From Spirochaetia bacterium (lineage in GTDB: Bacteria; Spirochaetota; Spirochaetia; DSM-2461), in contig OY764216.1 of the NCBI GenBank assembly GCA_963668315.1, positions 864,001 through 928,000 on the forward strand: a stretch of DNA of 64,000 nucleotides. Direction: 5' to 3'. Below are positions 51,754 through 61,805 of the stretch, piece by piece. Position 1 is the stretch's first letter; the number at the start of each line of letters is the position of its first letter. The notes under the pieces were generated by a model. The model had not been told where the DNA came from, ran no database searches, and worked only from the letters and a program-made list of their open reading frames with translations. A program made the translations under genes and the position numbers.

Positions 51754-53679
51754 TTATCTGAGAAAGCGCCCGGCCTCTTTGCTGTCCACCGGCTTGCTGA
51801 AGTAGTAACCCTGGATGTATTCGCAGCCCATGGTTTTGACAAGGTTCAGCTGCTCCGCCGTCTCGATGCCCTCGGCTACGACTTCCATGTTCAGGCTGTG
51901 GGCCAGATTGATGATGGTGTAGACGATATTCTCCTTCTTTCCGGAGAGCTTGTTGATGAAGGAACGGTCGATTTTCAGGATATCGATGGGGAGGGAGTGG
52001 AGATAGCTGAGTGAAGAGTAGCCCGTTCCGAAATCGTCTATGAGAATCTGGCAGCCCAGTTCCCTCAGCCGGGAAAGCTGATCTCCCGTCTCCTGGTACT
52101 TCTCTACAATAAGGCTTTCGGTCAGCTCAAATTTCAGATAAACCGGGTCGATCCGGTTCTTTTCTATGATCTCCCTGATTTTCTCGATGAAGTCGGGAGC
52201 TTCAAACTGCCTGTTAGACAGATTGATGCTTACGGTGAACTTCCGTCCCGGATGGGCGGTCTGCCACTCTTTGATCTGCCGGCAGACCTGGTCTATCACA
52301 TCGTAGCCGATAGGTATGATCAGCCCCGTTTCTTCGGCGATAGGGATGAAGTCGGCGGGGGATACCATTTTCCCGCGGGAATCTTTCCAGCGGATCAGGG
52401 CTTCGTATCCTGCGGTGATCTGTGTCTGCGTGTTGATGATGGGCTGGTACAGGATGATGAACTCTCTGTTCTCCACCCCCTTTCGCAGGCGGGATTCCAG
52501 TTCCAGCTTGGACTTTATGCTGTTCAGCATGGTGCTGTCGTAGAATTCATAGCTGAACCCGGAGCGCTTCTTCGCCCGGTACATGGCGATATCGGCATTC
52601 CCGATGATGATATCCGGATTGGTTTCGTCATGGTTTCCCATGACGATTCCCAGGCTGGCAGAGACATGGACGACTTCGTTCTCCAGGAGGACCGGCTCTT
52701 TCAAATCTTCCCTCAGGCGGTCAAGGATATGGATAATTTCCTCTATGCTGCATATATCTTCCAAAAGGATGACGAATTCATCTCCTCCCAGGCGGGTGAC
52801 CGTATCCTGTTCGCGCAGGGAATCCTTGAGCCTTTTTCCCACCTCTATGAGAAGCTTGTCTCCCACGTTATGACCCAGGGTGTCGTTTATCGTCTTGAAC
52901 CGGTCCAGATCCATGAACATGACCGCAAATCCCAGGTCCTCATGCCTTTTGTAGTAGTGGATGAGGTGATCAATTCTGTCGCGCATTACCGCCCGGTTCG
53001 GCAGTTTTGTCAGGACGTCGTGGGTGGCGTTATATATCAGCTTTTCTTCCATTTCTGTTTTGATGGTAAGCTCATTTTCCAGTCTGGCGTTTATTTCCAG
53101 TATCTCATCCACCCTTCTTCGTTCGATCCTCTTCTCATAGGAGGAGAATATGATAAGGGCCAGGGGAAGAATTGTATTGAATATCAGGGGCAGGATAATC
53201 TTTTCTATGGTGACATCGGAAAGATACAGGGGAAAGGACAGGATAATGAGGATGTTCAGGAAAAAGAAAATCAGCAGCTGGCGAAAGGAGAGAAGGGAAG
53301 TGGCGAATATGATATTCAGCGTATTCCAGATGAGAAGAAGCAGTATCGTATACGCGTCCCTTTCCGTGCTGAAAAGGAGTTCGAAAATAGGCAGCAGGGC
53401 GAATGCCGCGATGACCAGAAGGGCCGCCGTCTTATAGTAACGGGTGCGGGAGATCAGATAGGAGATAAAGAACACCCCTTCTGCTGCCAGAAGAACAAGG
53501 CCGACCTTTGGGTTGGGGCTGAAAAAGCCCATGTAGAAGACACCGGAATTAACGGCGACAGTCAGGAAAAGAGAGAGCTGAATTGTCAGGGAGGCTTTAT
53601 GGATTTTCAGTGTGTCCGTTATAGCGGGAGAGGGCTTTATGAATAGGTTATATAACACTCCGGCAAGATTTCTAAGCAT
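51754..53679 (-). CDS. Membrane-bound GGDEF-EAL c-di-GMP enzyme
   Basis: About six N-terminal TM helices, HDVLTKLPNR, RLGGDEF, YEALIRW, DDFGTGYSS and VVAEGIE. Confidence 0.93.
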   Translation of the reverse strand: MLRNLAGVLYNLFIKPSPAITDTLKIHKASLTIQLSLFLTVAVNSGVFYMGFFSPNPKVGLVLLAAEGVFFISYLISRTRYYKTAALLVIAAFALLPIFELLFSTERDAYTILLLLIWNTLNIIFATSLLSFRQLLIFFFLNILIILSFPLYLSDVTIEKIILPLIFNTILPLALIIFSSYEKRIERRRVDEILEINARLENELTIKTEMEEKLIYNATHDVLTKLPNRAVMRDRIDHLIHYYKRHEDLGFAVMFMDLDRFKTINDTLGHNVGDKLLIEVGKRLKDSLREQDTVTRLGGDEFVILLEDICSIEEIIHILDRLREDLKEPVLLENEVVHVSASLGIVMGNHDETNPDIIIGNADIAMYRAKKRSGFSYEFYDSTMLNSIKSKLELESRLRKGVENREFIILYQPIINTQTQITAGYEALIRWKDSRGKMVSPADFIPIAEETGLIIPIGYDVIDQVCRQIKEWQTAHPGRKFTVSINLSNRQFEAPDFIEKIREIIEKNRIDPVYLKFELTESLIVEKYQETGDQLSRLRELGCQILIDDFGTGYSSLSYLHSLPIDILKIDRSFINKLSGKKENIVYTIINLAHSLNMEVVAEGIETAEQLNLVKTMGCEYIQGYYFSKPVDSKEAGRFLR

Positions 53680-53762
53680 TGTATTTCCATTATTAATATT
53701 TTGAACTAATAATAATTTTATGCTCAGATAGCGGGGAAATCAAGGGAAAAGAATCGAGAGGG

Positions 53763-54251
53763 TCAGATTTCTTCGAATATGCCCTTTTCTTTGTTTTTCC
53801 GGACTTTCCCGGCGCTGAAGAGCCGGCCGTTCATGGCGATATACACGCCGGGGGAGGTCATCTGAACGGCGGTGAAGGCCGATCCGAAATTGAAAAGGGC
53901 ATCGGATTTGCTTATGGAATAGGGTATCATGGCACCGGTGAGTACAATCGTCTTGCCCGGTATTTCCCTGGCCAGAAGTTCGGCTGTCAGGGTCATCGTA
54001 TCGGTGCCGTGAATGATTATGATCCTGTCTTCCGGACATTCTCGGCAGGAGTCCACGATCCTGAGCCGGTCGTCCTCTCCCATATCCAGGCTGTCCTTCA
54101 ACTGATTTATCTCCAGCTCCACCGGCAGGGTACAGCGGCTGTAGGTTAGTATTTCCTGCAGATGGGAGTCCTTGAAAGTAAGGGCTCCCGCCAGTTCGTC
54201 GTAGTGTTTGTCAAAGGTTCCGCCGGTAATGATAATCCGGATCTTGCTCAT
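53763..54251 (-). CDS. Short single-domain L-asparaginase-like protein, 162 aa
   Basis: ITGGTFDK, IHGTDTM, VLTGAMIP and SDALFN. No C-terminal asparaginase domain. Confidence 0.82.
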   Translation of the reverse strand: MSKIRIIITGGTFDKHYDELAGALTFKDSHLQEILTYSRCTLPVELEINQLKDSLDMGEDDRLRIVDSCRECPEDRIIIIHGTDTMTLTAELLAREIPGKTIVLTGAMIPYSISKSDALFNFGSAFTAVQMTSPGVYIAMNGRLFSAGKVRKNKEKGIFEEI

Positions 54252-54319
54252 GATTATTCCCTGCTAAAGATTTTTCCTCTTTTTATCATATTTTCCGGGT
54301 GAATGCAAAGGCCGCAGAT

Positions 54320-54814
54320 CTAGTACCAGCTGTATTTGTTGTATTCTCCCATTTCGTCGCCGAGGCCGAACATATAGCGTGTCTGATTGACGGCGTTGTC
54401 GCGGGCCAGTTCTTCGTTTTTGACTTTATTCTTAAGGCCCCAGGTTCCCCGGCAATAGGCAACTTCGGAATGGCTCTGGGAGTCGGAATAGAAGATGTTC
54501 ACAACCGTTTCGAGGGAGCCTTCTTCCATATCGTACTCGGCGAGGAGCACTTTCTGCCGGGCCACTTCGGGGAGGGTGGACACTTCTTCCTGCGCCAGAA
54601 CTTCCAGTCCCGCATCGGCATATACCGCGGCCAGTTCCTTCTCAAAGGCGGTGTTTTTTTCGGTCCCGTCTGAAAGGGGAGCAATGGTAATATAGCCGTA
54701 CTGGGACAGCTCTTCCGGTGTAGAAATCTCGTATGCACTTTTCGTGATACATCCGCTGAAAACGAGGGTACTTGCTAAAAGTACCAGGACTTGTATTTGT
54801 ATTTTGTTTTTCAT
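54320..54814 (-). CDS. Hypothetical lipoprotein
   Basis: ATG 54814 gives MKNKIQIQVLVLLASTLVFSG-C with a lipobox. TTGCCT-17-TATCTT lies 7 nt before the ATG. Confidence 0.7.
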   Translation of the reverse strand: MKNKIQIQVLVLLASTLVFSGCITKSAYEISTPEELSQYGYITIAPLSDGTEKNTAFEKELAAVYADAGLEVLAQEEVSTLPEVARQKVLLAEYDMEEGSLETVVNIFYSDSQSHSEVAYCRGTWGLKNKVKNEELARDNAVNQTRYMFGLGDEMGEYNKYSWY

Positions 54815-54938
54815 ATTAGGGAAGATACACAATATTCCGGGAAAAGGCAAACATAAAGTGTAGAAAATACACACAATGTGCAATTAATTGCCGAAAAAAA
54901 CCTTTCCCCCGGGGGAAAGGCTCGGAAAACAGGGAAAA

Positions 54939-56354
54939 TTACTCCCGGCCGCCCAGAAAGTGAGCTGCTTCGCCCACTTCAAGGAAATTTGTGACATAGG
55001 AGTTTTTCGGGGAGGAGCCGACCATCATGATAAGGTCGGTGCTGCGGATGGCCTCTTCCTTGAGAAGGACTTCTACGGAGGCCGAAACCATTTCGTCCAG
55101 CGTATCCTTCTGCTCAAGGGTGTAGGCTTCCACGCCGAAACTCAGGGCCAGCTGTCTCACTACCGTGGGGCTGGGGGACAGGGCCAGTACGGGGATGGTA
55201 CCCCTGAAGGCCGAAATGAGTCTTGCCGAACGTCCCGTGTCGGTCTGGATGACGATGGCCTGGGTATGAAGTTTCTTCGCCATTTTTACGGCGGATTTGA
55301 TCATCTGAAAACGGACGGGGTGCATTTTGACTACCTTGCCCTTTTTCTGCCTGGTTTTGATGTTGTTTTCCATCTGTCTGACAATGGCTGCCATGGTCTG
55401 GACGGCTTCAAGGGCGTAATCGCCATAGGCTGTCTCGCCCGAAAGCATTACCGCGTCCGTTCCGTCCATGACCGCATTGGCCACGTCGCTGACTTCGGCT
55501 CTGGTGGGCCTGGGGTTGTGGATCATGGTGTGGAGCATCTGGGTGGCCGTAATAACGACCCGGCGCCTCTGAACGCACTTTCTGATCATCTCCTTCTGCA
55601 CGATGGGGACATCTTCGGCGGGAAGCTCGATCCCCAGGTCTCCCCGGGCCACCATGACGCCGTGGCAGTGATCAAGAATCTCGTCGAGGTTGTCGATTCC
55701 TTCCTTGTTCTCTATTTTGGCAATGATCTTGATGGGGCTGTCGTACTTATCCAGTATTTTCTGGACGGCCATGAGATCTTCCTTGTTCCTTACGAAGGAG
55801 TGGGCGATAAAATCGATTCCCTTGCGGGCGGCAAAATGTATGTACTGCTCGTCTTTCTCGGAAAGGGAGGGAAGGGAGATGGGCATATTGGGGACATTGA
55901 CGCTTTTTTTGTTCTTGATTTCCCCGTCGTTATTTACGATACAGCGAAGCCGGTGGTCCTTCTTGTCTATGATGACCATGGAAATTTCCCCGTCGTCTAT
56001 GAGGATTTCCGTTCCCCGTTTCATGTCGTCGCAGAATCGGTCGTAGGATACGGAGAAATGGGGCTCTTCCATCGTTTCGCCCCGGGGGATCACATAAATC
56101 TCATCCCCTTCCTTTATCTGCAGGGGGGATTCCAGATCAATAGTTCTGATTTCCGGTCCCTTGGTATCGATCAGTATAGCCGCTTTCTCCGAAACCTCTC
56201 TGATTCTGTCAATCATACCTTCCGTTTCGTCAGGCGTCTGGTGAGCCGTATTCAAACGGAACGTTCCCGCTCCGGCCCTGTAGAGGCTGCGGATGAATTC
56301 CACATCATTCTGTCTTCCGATAGTCGCGACGATTTTCGTCCTGGTCTTATTCAT
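54939..56354 (-). CDS. pyk: Pyruvate kinase
   Basis: RTKIVATIG, DTKGPEIRT, IIAKIEN, MVARGDLG, TATQML, PRPTRAE and DAVMLSGETA. Confidence 0.97.
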   Translation of the reverse strand: MNKTRTKIVATIGRQNDVEFIRSLYRAGAGTFRLNTAHQTPDETEGMIDRIREVSEKAAILIDTKGPEIRTIDLESPLQIKEGDEIYVIPRGETMEEPHFSVSYDRFCDDMKRGTEILIDDGEISMVIIDKKDHRLRCIVNNDGEIKNKKSVNVPNMPISLPSLSEKDEQYIHFAARKGIDFIAHSFVRNKEDLMAVQKILDKYDSPIKIIAKIENKEGIDNLDEILDHCHGVMVARGDLGIELPAEDVPIVQKEMIRKCVQRRRVVITATQMLHTMIHNPRPTRAEVSDVANAVMDGTDAVMLSGETAYGDYALEAVQTMAAIVRQMENNIKTRQKKGKVVKMHPVRFQMIKSAVKMAKKLHTQAIVIQTDTGRSARLISAFRGTIPVLALSPSPTVVRQLALSFGVEAYTLEQKDTLDEMVSASVEVLLKEEAIRSTDLIMMVGSSPKNSYVTNFLEVGEAAHFLGGRE

Positions 56355-56504
56355 TTCTATCCTTGTCAATTATTTTTTTTATTTCTTTAAGGATAATCGG
56401 CCACAGTGAAAAATGCAAGAATCCCGGAGCATTGTTGGTCATCATTTCCCTAAGAATTGCTCTTTACAAGGGTTCCTACGGACTGATCCTGCTGGTATAA
56501 TGGC

Positions 56505-57479
56505 ATGGTTATGATAGTTGAGAATAATGAGGACAATATACGCCGCGGCGCGGATATAATAAAACAGGGCGGCCTTGTCGCTTTTCCGACCGAAACGGTC
56601 TACGGCCTGGGGGGGAATTCTCTGGATCCCCGATCGGTGGCAAAAATCTTCGAAGCGAAGAAACGGCCCAGTTTTGATCCCCTCATTACCCATATCGCCG
56701 ATCTGGAGACTCTGGAGAAAATCGCCCGGATTACCGACAGGAAGATCTTCCGTGTGATTGAGGAGCTCTGGCCCGGCGCATTGACCCTTATTGTCCCCAA
56801 GGGGGATATCATTCCCGAGCTCGTCACTTCCGGCCTGGATACCATGGCGGTGCGCATGCCCGATCATCCCACCGCCCTTGAACTGATACGCCTTTCCACG
56901 GGAGCCGTGGCCGCTCCCAGCGCCAATCCCTTCGGATATCTGAGCCCCACCACGGCGCAGCATGTGGAGGACGGCCTGGGCGACAGGATCGATATGGTCA
57001 TAGACGGAGGTACCTGCCGAGTCGGTGTGGAATCCACCGTACTGGACATGACGCGCGACGTTCCCACCGTTTTGCGTCCCGGCGGGATAGGCGTGGAAAC
57101 GCTTCGGGAAGTCCTGGGCGATGTGGAGGTGCTGGACCGCACCAGCAAGACCCCCAAGGCGCCGGGCCAGCTTCCCATGCACTATTCGCCCCGCAAGCCG
57201 CTCCATATTGTCGCGTCCGCCGAAGAGGCCCTGGCCGCGGCCGGTCCGGGGAGGAGCGCCGGATTCCTTTCCTTCAACGGGCAGGGGGATCTGAACCGCT
57301 TCGCCGCCGTGGAAGTCCTGTCTCCCCGGGGGGATACCCTGGAAGCGGCGTCCCGTCTGTTCGTCGCCCTTCACAGGCTGGATGAATCCGGTGTCGATGT
57401 GATCTTTGCCGAGGAAGTGCCCCGGGAGGGAGTAGGCGCCGCCGTTATGGACAGGATTTACAAAGCTTCTGAGAAATAG
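56505..57479 (+). CDS. sua5: Threonylcarbamoyl-AMP synthase, Sua5 type (YrdC plus SUA5 domain)
   Basis: VAFPTETVYGLG, KKRPSFDPLI, AAPSAN, GVESTV and APGQLPMHYSP. Alternative start at 56511. Confidence 0.94.
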   Translation: MVMIVENNEDNIRRGADIIKQGGLVAFPTETVYGLGGNSLDPRSVAKIFEAKKRPSFDPLITHIADLETLEKIARITDRKIFRVIEELWPGALTLIVPKGDIIPELVTSGLDTMAVRMPDHPTALELIRLSTGAVAAPSANPFGYLSPTTAQHVEDGLGDRIDMVIDGGTCRVGVESTVLDMTRDVPTVLRPGGIGVETLREVLGDVEVLDRTSKTPKAPGQLPMHYSPRKPLHIVASAEEALAAAGPGRSAGFLSFNGQGDLNRFAAVEVLSPRGDTLEAASRLFVALHRLDESGVDVIFAEEVPREGVGAAVMDRIYKASEK

Positions 57480-57481
57480 AA

Positions 57482-59605
57482 TCAGCTGTCCAGGGTCTCC
57501 CTGACGGTCCGGGCGAGCTTTTTCTGGGACAGGGGCTTGATAAGGATATTTTTCACCCCCATTTTTTCCGCCTCCTGAGACTTGAGAACGGAGCTGTATC
57601 CCGTGGCGATGATGATGGGAAAGTCCTTTCTTGTTTTCAGAATTTCCTCGGCAAGCATAATTCCGGATATGCCCGGCATGGACTGGTCGGTGATGAGGAG
57701 ATCGTAACGTTCCGGTTGGTTCAGAAGGGCCTCCCGGGCCATAAGCGCATCGGTATACATGCTTATTTCGTACCCGAGGGAGCTGAGCATGAATTTTTCC
57801 ATCTGGGCGATGGATTCTTCGTCGTCCAGAATCATAATGCGTTCCGTTCCCCCGGGCAGGTCTTCTTCCCGGGTGTCCTTCCTGTCGGGGGAGCCATCCC
57901 CCTCTTCCCCGCTGAGAGGAAGGAGAATCGTAAAAGTCGTGCCCTTGCCCACTTCGCTCTCAAAACTGATCTCTCCCTCGTGCTTCCTGATTATCCCGTG
58001 AACGACGGATAGGCCCAGGCCCGTTCCTTTGCCCCTCTCCTTTGTCGTAAAGAAAGGATCGAATATATAGGGGCGGTCCTTCTCGGCTATTCCTTTCCCG
58101 TTATCCCCGATCGAGAAGAGCAGATACTCTCCCGCCTTGAGTCCTCGACGGATTCCCTCCTCTTCGGACAGAACCGTTTTGTCCAGTGACAGGGTGATTT
58201 CTCCCTGTTCTTCGGGGAGGGCATGGAAGGCGTTTGTGGCCAGATTCAGAATAACCTGATGCAGCTGGTTGGAGTCGGCCCGGACGGAGAGTTTTTCACG
58301 GTAGTTGATGAAATTGATTTTTACTGTCTTAGGGATAGTCTGATTAAGCAAATTGGCCACTTCCCCGATAAGTGAGTCGATTTCCAGCCTCTCCATTTTA
58401 GAGGTGGTTTCCCGACTGAAAAGAAGGATCTGACGTATCAGCCCTGTCGCCCGGTCCGCCGCCTGGAGGATCTGATCGGCGAACTCTCTGACAGATTCCC
58501 CGTTATCTGCATTATTGCGGATGAGTTCGGCGAATCCCAGCACGGCGGCGAGGATATTGTTGAAGTCATGGGCCACCCCTCCCGCGAGGGTTCCCAGAGC
58601 CTCCATTTTCTGGGTCTGGTAGACAATCTTCTCCAGGCTGTCCTTCTCTTTCCGGGCCTGGAAGAGTTCTGTTATGTCCCTGATTATGCCGTGATAGCCG
58701 CTTCTCCGGCCGCTGCCGTCATAATCCAGGACGGCATTGATGGATACCCGGGCTATTTCTCCGTTCCTTTTGTAGAGGAAAACTTCGTAATCCTTCAGTA
58801 TTCCGTCCCTTTCCAGAGTTTCGTAGAGATTCCGCCTGTCCTCCTTGTCGACATACAGCTCGATTGTATGGGAATTGATGATGTTTTCCGGTTCGTAGCC
58901 CAGTACTGTTTTAACGGAGGGGGATATTTCCTTTATATATCCCTCCCTGTCTACGGAGTAGCTGATATCCAGCAGATTTTCGTAGAGGCTGCGGTATTTA
59001 TTCTCCGATTCCTTGAGTCTGGCCGCGGTGGTCAGCCGGTTTTCCTCGTGCTGCAGCAGAAACCCGACAAAGATAATCCCCGTATACAGGGCGGTCCCGT
59101 AGGGGATCGCCATTCTCTTGAGAAGGTTCCATCCGTTTGCCAGATCTCCGACAAAGAGAAATCCGGGCAGGATGATTATCACGGCGATGAGGCTTCCCAG
59201 GAAAAAGAAGGGGATGTGTCTCTCTCTCTTCCAGCGGCGCAGGAGCAGCCCGGCGGAAAGGGACAGCCCCATGCCGATGATTCCCGCGAGAACTCCGCTT
59301 CCTCCCAGAATCATTCTCATGATAATCCCGGCGGTCATGGTAATAAGGCCGGAGAGGGGGCCGGCGAAGAGGGTGCTCAGCACGATGATGCCGTTTCTCT
59401 GGTCGACCAGAACACCGGGAGCCACGGGGATACGGACGAGCATGCATACGAGGAGGGTTAGGGCAAAGAGAAGTCCGAGGGACAGGGATTTCCGGTAATG
59501 CCCCATATTTCTCGGTTTTATCAAGCCGTAGAGAAACATGAAAACAATGAATACAGCCAGGTTATTGAACATACCTACAAACAGACTGGTCCCCTCTATC
59601 ATCAA
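57482..59605 (-). CDS. Hybrid sensor kinase (5TM-LYT-like membrane domain, PAS, HisKA, HATPase, REC)
   Basis: VDQRNGII..FAGP membrane motif, GGVAHDFNNIL, LNLATNA, DNGKGI, FDPFFTTK, GTGLGL and REC LDDE...TDQSMP...KP. Confidence 0.92.
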   Translation of the reverse strand: MMIEGTSLFVGMFNNLAVFIVFMFLYGLIKPRNMGHYRKSLSLGLLFALTLLVCMLVRIPVAPGVLVDQRNGIIVLSTLFAGPLSGLITMTAGIIMRMILGGSGVLAGIIGMGLSLSAGLLLRRWKRERHIPFFFLGSLIAVIIILPGFLFVGDLANGWNLLKRMAIPYGTALYTGIIFVGFLLQHEENRLTTAARLKESENKYRSLYENLLDISYSVDREGYIKEISPSVKTVLGYEPENIINSHTIELYVDKEDRRNLYETLERDGILKDYEVFLYKRNGEIARVSINAVLDYDGSGRRSGYHGIIRDITELFQARKEKDSLEKIVYQTQKMEALGTLAGGVAHDFNNILAAVLGFAELIRNNADNGESVREFADQILQAADRATGLIRQILLFSRETTSKMERLEIDSLIGEVANLLNQTIPKTVKINFINYREKLSVRADSNQLHQVILNLATNAFHALPEEQGEITLSLDKTVLSEEEGIRRGLKAGEYLLFSIGDNGKGIAEKDRPYIFDPFFTTKERGKGTGLGLSVVHGIIRKHEGEISFESEVGKGTTFTILLPLSGEEGDGSPDRKDTREEDLPGGTERIMILDDEESIAQMEKFMLSSLGYEISMYTDALMAREALLNQPERYDLLITDQSMPGISGIMLAEEILKTRKDFPIIIATGYSSVLKSQEAEKMGVKNILIKPLSQKKLARTVRETLDS

Positions 59606-59705
59606 ATGCAGTCCTCCCGGGCAGAAAGTCTCGAACTTTTCTTAATTATAAGTCAGTTTTCACCGGGATGAAAGGAAAACAGGGGAGATTGGGAGGAATA
59701 TACAT

Positions 59706-59786
59706 TTGACAGATCATGATATGCGATATATGATGTTATGAGTATCGTATATTATGATACATGAATGTGAATCACGTTACGTGATT
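59706..59786 (+). promoter_or_regulatory. Near-consensus sigma70 promoter with downstream palindromic operator candidates
   Basis: TTGACA (59706-11), 17 nt, TATGAT (59729-34). Palindromes GTATCGTA-TAT-TATGATAC (59742-60) and AATCACGT-T-ACGTGATT (59770-86). Confidence 0.7.
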
Positions 59787-59811
59787 TATTTATCAAAAAG
59801 GAGTTTACAAT

Positions 59812-61779
59812 ATGAGAAAAGGAAGGTTGTTAACAGTATCGCTGCTGGTAATATCCAGTGTGTTTCTTTGCTTCCCCCTGACGGCTCAGGGAGACAAGGA
59901 CGGCGGGACCGATTCGGTCAACCCCAATGAGGAAGTCTATCCCGGAGTGAAAAGGGGAGACACCCTTATCGTGGAAGATCCCTCCGGTACGTTGATCAAT
60001 CCGGACAGCTTCAATGTCTGGAACGTATGGGCCGGCGGTCAGGGTGGTGTTTCCAACGGCCTGCAGCAGCTGGCCATGGATACCCTGTGGTTCCTGGATC
60101 CCGATGCCGGTCTCGACGGCCCCTGGCACAACAGCCTCGCCGCTTCCGAGCCTATTTACAATGATGACTTTACCCAGATGACCGCCAAACTGAAAAAGGG
60201 CATCATGTGGAGCGACGGCGTGGAGTTTACTTCCGCCGACGTGAAATACACCGTGGAACTGCTTAAGCAGAATCCCACCCTGCTGTTCGGTTCCACCTTC
60301 GAGGTATTTATCAAGAGCGTGGATACCCCCGACGATTATACGGTTGTCTTTAATCTGACCAAGCCGAACAGCCGGTTTCACAGAAACTTCACCGTCCGCT
60401 GGAACGCCTGCTGGATTATGCCCAAGCACGTTATGGAGAAGGACATCAAGCAGCCTTCTGACGCCCTTGCTTATAAATTTAACCCTCCCGTTTCCATAGG
60501 AGCCTATGTCCTCAAAGACTATGACAAACAGGGAACATGGACCCTCTGGGAGAAAAGGAAAGACTGGGACAAGACTTCCATCGCCGATTTCGGCGAGCCC
60601 GTTCCCCCCTATGTTATGTATGTGGACGCCGGTCCCAGCGACAAGAGAGTTATCACCCAGGCCAACCATGAGCTGGATATGATCCACTCCATAGCGCCCG
60701 AGGGCATTATCAAGCTTTCCGAAAATGAATGGGAAAGCAACTGGTTCAACGGTTTCCCCTGGGGACATCCGGACCCCACCCTCGTGGCTATTCTCCCCAA
60801 CAATGCCAAGGCTCCCTTCGATAACGTAGATGTAAGATGGGCCCTCGCCCTCTCTCTGGACATGAAGAAACTCGCTCTGGCCAGCTACAAGGGCGCCGTT
60901 ACCATGTCCCCCATCCATTACCCCCCCACGGGAGGATCCAGGGAGTGGTACTTCGATCCCATGCAGGATTTTCTCAAGGATTTCACCATCGATGCCGGTA
61001 AAGCCGGAACGATTCATCCCTATGACACGACGATCGCCGAGCAGATCGCCGATGCGGCCAGAAAGAATTTCGGCGATGCCGTTCCTTCCGATCCGGAAAG
61101 AATAAAAGATGTTATCGGACAGGGATGGTGGGGCTACAATCCCGAAGCCGCCGCCGCCCTTCTCGAGAAGAACGGTTTCACCAAACAGGGAGGCAAGTGG
61201 TATAAGCCCAACGGCGAACAGTTCACCATTACCCTTCTGAACTGGGGACCGGGCAACCCCGTACTGGCCCGTCTGGGTTCCATGGTCGCCGAACTCTGGA
61301 CCAACTTCGGTATCGATACGGTCGCTTCCTACAGCCAGGACAACGGCACCATGTACAACCTGGGCGAATACGACGTGAACATGGGCTGGAACATTGAGAC
61401 CTGGGGAGGACATCCCGACCTGAGTTACTTTGTCGACACCTGGCATTCCGATTTCTATAAGGGGATCGGAGAAGTTGTCAACGGCAGAAACGGCGTACGC
61501 TACAAGAGTGCCGAGCTGGACAAAATCGTGGACGAGGTTAACGTGACGGATTTCGATTCCGAAAGAAATGTAGAGCTTGGACTGGAATTCCTGAAGCTGA
61601 CCACAAAGGATATGCCTACGATCCCCCTTATGTCCTACAATGTATTCTCCTCTCAGGACAGTACTTTCTGGAGCGGTTATCCCACTTTCGATAATCCCTA
61701 TGCCAACCCGGTAACCAACTGGGCCAACAGCCGCTATATCATGACGCAGCTTAAGCAGGAGAAGCCTCCTACCGAATAA
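59812..61779 (+). CDS. ABC transporter substrate-binding protein, family 5 (Opp/Dpp-like, probably oligosaccharide-binding)
   Basis: LKKGIMWSDGVEFTSADVKYT, PFDNVDVRWAL and DMPTIPL. Trp-rich, with a signal peptide and no clear lipobox. Confidence 0.88.
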   Translation: MRKGRLLTVSLLVISSVFLCFPLTAQGDKDGGTDSVNPNEEVYPGVKRGDTLIVEDPSGTLINPDSFNVWNVWAGGQGGVSNGLQQLAMDTLWFLDPDAGLDGPWHNSLAASEPIYNDDFTQMTAKLKKGIMWSDGVEFTSADVKYTVELLKQNPTLLFGSTFEVFIKSVDTPDDYTVVFNLTKPNSRFHRNFTVRWNACWIMPKHVMEKDIKQPSDALAYKFNPPVSIGAYVLKDYDKQGTWTLWEKRKDWDKTSIADFGEPVPPYVMYVDAGPSDKRVITQANHELDMIHSIAPEGIIKLSENEWESNWFNGFPWGHPDPTLVAILPNNAKAPFDNVDVRWALALSLDMKKLALASYKGAVTMSPIHYPPTGGSREWYFDPMQDFLKDFTIDAGKAGTIHPYDTTIAEQIADAARKNFGDAVPSDPERIKDVIGQGWWGYNPEAAAALLEKNGFTKQGGKWYKPNGEQFTITLLNWGPGNPVLARLGSMVAELWTNFGIDTVASYSQDNGTMYNLGEYDVNMGWNIETWGGHPDLSYFVDTWHSDFYKGIGEVVNGRNGVRYKSAELDKIVDEVNVTDFDSERNVELGLEFLKLTTKDMPTIPLMSYNVFSSQDSTFWSGYPTFDNPYANPVTNWANSRYIMTQLKQEKPPTE

Positions 61780-61805
61780 CGCCATTATTCGCAGCACAAA
61801 GCTTG

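Noticed and set aside
59830..61797. Very long antisense ORFs (also 12737-14623, 16276-17961, 43525-45168, 50176-51540, 54888-56390, 7158-8489)
   Set aside because: Each mirrors a well-supported gene on the opposite strand and has no recognisable motif. These are shadow ORFs expected from codon bias.
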